A program made the translations under genes and the position numbers. From IMG/VR virus record IMGVR_UViG_3300044845_000975: a stretch of 64,000 nt of DNA. One strand, 5' to 3'. Below the pieces are notes generated by a model. That model searched no databases and had not been told where the DNA came from. It saw only the letters and a list, made by a program, of their open reading frames with translations. Shown in pieces: positions 60,320-64,000 of this stretch (positions are counted from its first letter, which is position 1; the number at the start of each line of letters is the position of its first letter). The DNA is from an uncultured virus (IMG/VR IMGVR_UViG_3300044845_000975) (Duplodnaviria; Heunggongvirae; Uroviricota; Caudoviricetes).

Positions 60320-61228
60320 ATGAACAAAGCATTCAACGAAATCGTCGGACAAGAACACATCAAGCGTCAACTCAGCTTCTACTTGGACTCTTACAAGGCA
60401 ACGGGCGTTTTGCCCTTCCTGATGTTCAACGGTCAGCGCGGCATTGGCAAAACAGAATTCGCTCGCGCTGTTGGCACTGCTTGCAAGAAAACCTTCTACG
60501 AGATTAACAGCAGCAGCATTAAAAACGAAAAACAATTCTTCGAGCAAATGATGCCGCAGATTCAAGACACTGAATGCTGCTTGTTCTTTGATGAGAGTCA
60601 CGAACTCCCGCGCAAGCTGGTTGTTGCTTTCCTCAGCGTTCTTAACACTGAAAAGAAAAGCGTCGTTTACTACACCTATCAGGATGTGGAATACCGCTTC
60701 GACTTCACAAAGATGAGCTTCATCTTCGCAACGACTGAAATGGATCGTTTGTTTGCGCCCTTCAAGGATCGCCTTACTGTAGTGGACTTTGTGCCATACA
60801 GCAATGATGAAGTTAAACGCATTATTCAAAAGCGTTTGCCTGATGTGAAGTTTGAAGCTGGCGTCTTGAATGAGATTAGCACCACGATTCGCGGCAATGC
60901 TCGCAGTGCAGTTAAACGCGCAAAAGATATTGAGATGTATTGTGAGGCAAACAACAACCCTAGCTTCACTATGCCTGATTGGGTTAACCTTTGCGACAAG
61001 GCCAACATTAACAAGCGCGGCCTCAGCAACACTGAGATTCAAATTCTCAATGCTCTCAAGGAGCGCGGCCCGCTCACTCTCACTATGCTTTCCGCCATCA
61101 CTGGCCTCAGCGTGCAAGCTCTTCGCAAGGATGCTGAACTTCACTTGCTCAAGATGAACTTGATTCGCATTGATGGCAAGCGCGAATTAACAAGCGTAGG
61201 AATGCGCTTTCTTGAAACAATTGTCTAA
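60320..61228 (+). CDS. ruvB: Holliday junction branch migration ATPase RuvB-like
   Basis: F..IVGQ, GQRGIGKT, FFDE.H, FATT, RG.AR, GL...E, winged-helix E..L...GKR. Confidence 0.8.
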   Translation: MNKAFNEIVGQEHIKRQLSFYLDSYKATGVLPFLMFNGQRGIGKTEFARAVGTACKKTFYEINSSSIKNEKQFFEQMMPQIQDTECCLFFDESHELPRKLVVAFLSVLNTEKKSVVYYTYQDVEYRFDFTKMSFIFATTEMDRLFAPFKDRLTVVDFVPYSNDEVKRIIQKRLPDVKFEAGVLNEISTTIRGNARSAVKRAKDIEMYCEANNNPSFTMPDWVNLCDKANINKRGLSNTEIQILNALKERGPLTLTMLSAITGLSVQALRKDAELHLLKMNLIRIDGKRELTSVGMRFLETIV

Positions 61229-61288
61229 CGGTGGTTCGTTGACAGCCCCCCTTTCTCTTGGTTGCTAGGGGATTGGGGGGCAAATAAT

Positions 61289-61364
61289 GCGCTCGTAGCT
61301 TAATGGACAAAGCACCGTTTTTCTAAATCGGTGATTACAGGTTCGAGTCCTGTCGAGCGTGCCA
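61289..61364 (+). tRNA. trnR: tRNA-Arg(UCU)
   Basis: GCGCTCG/CGAGCGT-G-CCA; loop TTTCTAA; A20; one U-U mismatch in the anticodon stem. Confidence 0.85.
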
Positions 61365-61443
61365 AATCAAAAAATGCCAAATAAGAAAGCGCCAAATAAC
61401 AAATAACAAAAAGGCAAATAACAAATAAGAAAACGCCAAATAG
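61363..61443 (+). repeat. low-complexity CAAATAA repeats
   Basis: About seven CAAATA(A) units after tRNA-Arg. Confidence 0.7.
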
Positions 61444-61504
61444 TAAACACGATTTCTCTTAATAAGAGATAAGCAAAAAACTCCTAGTCTGTAGGTGAGA
61501 GTAT

Positions 61505-61551
61505 TAGGGATTATACCTACCCAGGGCCGCCTGCTATAGGTATTTTACCTA
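61505..61551. repeat. 47-bp dyad element, copy 1 (core inverted)
   Basis: TAGG-gattata-CCTA-cccagggccgcctgcta-TAGG-tatttta-CCTA. Confidence 0.9.
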
Positions 61552-61564
61552 GGTAGAGGGCATG

Positions 61565-61586
61565 AAAAAGCGCGGTTTCCCGCGCT
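61565..61586 (-). terminator. intrinsic terminator
   Basis: gcgcgg-gaaa-ccgcgc plus T-tract on the minus strand. Confidence 0.85.
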
Positions 61587-61598
61587 CTTGTTATTTAT

Positions 61599-61757
61599 TT
61601 AATGCCTTTCAATCCACTTGTCAACAAAGTTTTCCGCTTCTTCTTCCGTGTCGAAAGAATAAACTTCTAGCGCATTATCGTTTTCATCAGTTTCGCGGAC
61701 ATCCCATTTCAGAGTCTCGTCGTTAAATTCAGGGCAGAGGTCAAGCAGGATTTCCAT
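61599..61757 (-). CDS. small acidic protein (52 aa, not in ORF track)
   Basis: MEILLDLCPEFNDETLKWDVRETDENDNALEVYSFDTEEEAENFVDKWIERH; paralog of 59778-59948. Confidence 0.8.
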   Translation of the reverse strand: MEILLDLCPEFNDETLKWDVRETDENDNALEVYSFDTEEEAENFVDKWIERH

Positions 61758-61761
61758 AGTG

Positions 61762-62067
61762 TTATTTAAGATACGCCATTCCGTAAGGGCCGCAACCAGA
61801 AAGCGCGTCCTGATTAAAAATATTTCCGCGAGCGTGCATGGCTGGCGCTTTCCAGCTTGCTGCTTTCAGCAAGTCTCCATTGCTCAAGTCAATGAAACCA
61901 TAAGCACTAGTATTAGAACCATCTTTTTTAATGATTCGCGCAAAGCGTTTTCCCATAGAGATTTCTACTTTAGGCGCTGGCAATGTTGGGAATGTTTTGT
62001 TGTGATGCTTCTCAAGCATATCTTGAAGAGAGGCACAAAATGTTTCGATTTGTTTGGTGATGTCCAT
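61762..62067 (-). CDS. conserved phage hypothetical protein
   Basis: S.YGFID..NGDLLKAASWKAPA.HARGNI; promoter TTGATT-N16-TATCTT, ATG 5 nt downstream. Confidence 0.8.
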   Translation of the reverse strand: MDITKQIETFCASLQDMLEKHHNKTFPTLPAPKVEISMGKRFARIIKKDGSNTSAYGFIDLSNGDLLKAASWKAPAMHARGNIFNQDALSGCGPYGMAYLK

Positions 62068-62126
62068 GGGATAAGATAGCAGAAAGTGAGAATGAATCAA
62101 CTCTTTTTTATCTATTTTTATTTGCT

Positions 62127-62173
62127 TAGGAGGTTTACCTAACCAAGGCGGCCCTGGGTAGGTATTTTACCTA
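62127..62173. repeat. 47-bp dyad element, copy 2
   Basis: TAGG-aggttta-CCTA-accaaggcggccctggg-TAGG-tatttta-CCTA. Confidence 0.9.
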
Positions 62174-62188
62174 GGGACAAGACATAAG

Positions 62189-62210
62189 AAAAGGGGCGGT
62201 TTCCCGCCCC
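62189..62210 (-). terminator. intrinsic terminator
   Basis: ggggcgg-gaaa-ccgcccc plus T-tract on the minus strand. Confidence 0.85.
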
Positions 62211-62224
62211 CGTAGGGATTTTGT

Positions 62225-62995
62225 TTAAGCTTCCATCATTAGCTCACTTTTGTCGATTTCCGTTTGAATCACTGAGTTGTGCCCAGCGCGAGCATCAAAG
62301 ATGCTCTGCATGGTCATCGTTCGGGCGGGCAGCTTGCTAAGGTCGCCACCTTTGAGGCATTCAGTAACGCCATTGTAAAGGCTCCATAGAGTGTGCCCGT
62401 TGAATTCGGGATGATTAGGCGTGCGAAACTGCTGCATGATGGGGTAAACTTCGCGGGCGGGGATTGCCTTAGCGTCTGCCAGTGACATGATGAGGCCCGC
62501 CGCTTCATCTTCAACAAGTTCGATTGTCTTATAGTTATCAATGCGGTTAGTCATGTCCGAGAAGTGAGAGACACAACGGCCAACAGCTTCCGACAGCACC
62601 CGCGCAATGTCGCGCAAGATGTTTGTCGTGTGCTTGCGGGCAAGCTTGATGTCAGAAGAGAAGCAAAGATTTTCACACACAAGCATTCGATTTCCGATGC
62701 AAATGCTGGCAGCAAAGCTCTTGTCGTGCGCGTTGCGCAGGCCAAGCACTAGTTCACGGTCGGTGGCATTGACATCTTTCCCGACGATTGAGAAGCCGCC
62801 AAAATAGCGTTGGCCCATGCGGGCGAGCGCGTGTTCCTCTTCTTTGATTGAAAAGCCAGCGCGGGCGATTGCTTCGCGCATCTGGTCAACAAGAAGAGCA
62901 TGGCCGATGGGCTGGAAGCTTTCCGTGGCGGCAGGGGTAGCGACGGTCAAGAGTTGTTCAGCGGATACTTTGTTTTTTGCGATGAGGAGTGACAT
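62225..62995 (-). CDS. DUF932-like protein
   Basis: PI.H, RYFG, LGLRNAHDKS, VCENL, KHT, TLWSLYN.VTE. Confidence 0.75.
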   Translation of the reverse strand: MSLLIAKNKVSAEQLLTVATPAATESFQPIGHALLVDQMREAIARAGFSIKEEEHALARMGQRYFGGFSIVGKDVNATDRELVLGLRNAHDKSFAASICIGNRMLVCENLCFSSDIKLARKHTTNILRDIARVLSEAVGRCVSHFSDMTNRIDNYKTIELVEDEAAGLIMSLADAKAIPAREVYPIMQQFRTPNHPEFNGHTLWSLYNGVTECLKGGDLSKLPARTMTMQSIFDARAGHNSVIQTEIDKSELMMEA

Positions 62996-63104
62996 GATTT
63001 TTTTGTTTTCTATTTGGTTCGTTGGTTTCTTTAACGTGCATAAGATAACAGAAAGGAAACAAAAGTCAACAGTGAACAGCGTTTTTTCTGCATTTTTATT
63101 TGCT

Positions 63105-63151
63105 TAGGTGTTTTACCTATCCAGGGCGGCCCTGGGTAGGTATTTTCCCTA
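63105..63151. repeat. 47-bp dyad element, copy 3
   Basis: TAGG-tgtttta-CCTA-tccagggcggccctggg-TAGG-tattttc-CCTA. Confidence 0.9.
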
Positions 63152-63164
63152 GGGCTAACTTAAG

Positions 63165-63190
63165 AAAAAGAGGGCGGATCACTCCGCCCC
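63165..63190 (-). terminator. intrinsic terminator
   Basis: gggcgga/tccgccc stem plus T-tract on the minus strand. Confidence 0.8.
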
Positions 63191-63259
63191 CCTAGGTGAT
63201 TTAGCTAATTCGTCTGAGCGCGGCGATTACAGCCACTAAGAAGATGACTAGTATTTCCA

Positions 63260-63892
63260 TTAGTGCTTAGGGTAAAAGACTACGGGTTGATTCTTATCCC
63301 AGCAAGCGCGGCAAGGGCCGCACACTCCGCCTTGCTTGTAGGCGGGGCAGGTAACTTTCTCAGGGTTACTAGTAACGCCCGACATAGTAACGCCCGCACG
63401 TTCAGCCGCGCCCGTAGGCAATGGCCCATCCATCATATAGGCAGAAAGCCTAACTGTCAAATTCTCAGGAAAGCTGCCATGCTTAAGAACATAGGCATTA
63501 ACCGTAGCATATTCCCTAGTTGGAATCCAGTGGCGCACGTCAGAAGTTTTCTTACATACGGCAACGATATTCTCTAGATGTTCGAGGGATTGAATGTCTC
63601 CCGAATCATGCCAGCGGAAAACATTAATTCCCGATTGCATGATTTGAAAAGCCATCGCTTCAACCCACAGGGGATGAGAAAGACTTTCAAGACGACGTTG
63701 CAAAGCACGCTTCACATTGCCAAACACATAACGCCCCTTTAGAGCGTAGCATTTAGAGCAGATGGAGCCAGCAACGGCACGAAGCTTACTGCCGACAAGG
63801 CAAGCCTGCGCGGGGATGGAATAGGCAAACCCTGGCATTTTAGATGGCTTAGACAAGCCGCCAGTGATTTCTTTAGCAAGTAGTGGAGTCAT
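63260..63892 (-). CDS. GP88-family protein (radical-SAM-like Cys motif)
   Basis: SKMP, C...C..CYA.KG.Y, FRWHDSGD, HWIPTRE, C-terminal CPA...C..CRACW; promoter TTGACT-N16-TAACCT. Confidence 0.75.
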   Translation of the reverse strand: MTPLLAKEITGGLSKPSKMPGFAYSIPAQACLVGSKLRAVAGSICSKCYALKGRYVFGNVKRALQRRLESLSHPLWVEAMAFQIMQSGINVFRWHDSGDIQSLEHLENIVAVCKKTSDVRHWIPTREYATVNAYVLKHGSFPENLTVRLSAYMMDGPLPTGAAERAGVTMSGVTSNPEKVTCPAYKQGGVCGPCRACWDKNQPVVFYPKH

Positions 63893-64000
63893 GGTTTACA
63901 GGTTAGCAGATTAATCTTCAAAGTCAATACCCATGGAACGCAATTCGCGCCCCACGTTAGCGAGTGAAACAAGATGTTCTTTTGAATCCTCGCCCTCGTC

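Noticed and set aside
61289..61364. Reading this tRNA as an amber suppressor (CUA)
   Set aside because: Only the TTTCTAA loop register pairs the stem (CCGTT/ATCGG), giving UCU; A20 and G73 fit Arg.
1..64000. Stop-codon reassignment
   Set aside because: Recognisable genes are full length in the standard code, and TAA, TAG and TGA all act as stops.

Overview
A 64-kb segment of a large, AT-rich tailed bacteriophage genome (standard genetic code; no rRNA, CRISPR array or integrase seen). From left to right: the 3' end of dnaE, a ClpA/C-type ATPase and an APH-like pseudokinase; a minus-strand lambda-type tail-tip operon (L, K, I, J) followed by repeat-rich fibre/adhesin genes, including a (Pro-Thr)52 protein and a BspA-like LRR protein; a divergent cluster with a nuclease-like gene, a sulfotransferase and a T4 beta-glucosyltransferase-like gene; thyX, an ECF sigma factor, uvsE, phosphatases, a prolyl 4-hydroxylase, four tandem YopX genes and a macrodomain; rIIA/rIIB separated by an HNH endonuclease; an M15 endolysin; cysC; ruvB; five tRNA genes; and many small accessory ORFs. 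The most notable observations are: (1) a tRNA-Leu(UAA) interrupted by a group I intron carrying a LAGLIDADG gene; (2) a CAU-anticodon tRNA with a ~41-nt variable region next to two structured non-coding elements; (3) a possible glycosylation/sulfation pathway (glucosyltransferase-like gene, sulfotransferase, APS kinase, with P4H and Pro/Thr-rich virion proteins as alternative substrates); (4) promoter-gene-terminator cassettes at the right end, each bounded by a 47-bp TAGG-N7-CCTA-N17-TAGG-N7-CCTA element; (5) two largely leaderless promoter classes (TTGACA-N16-TAnnnT and GTGTAA-N8/9-start). All family assignments come from motif recognition by eye, not database searches.
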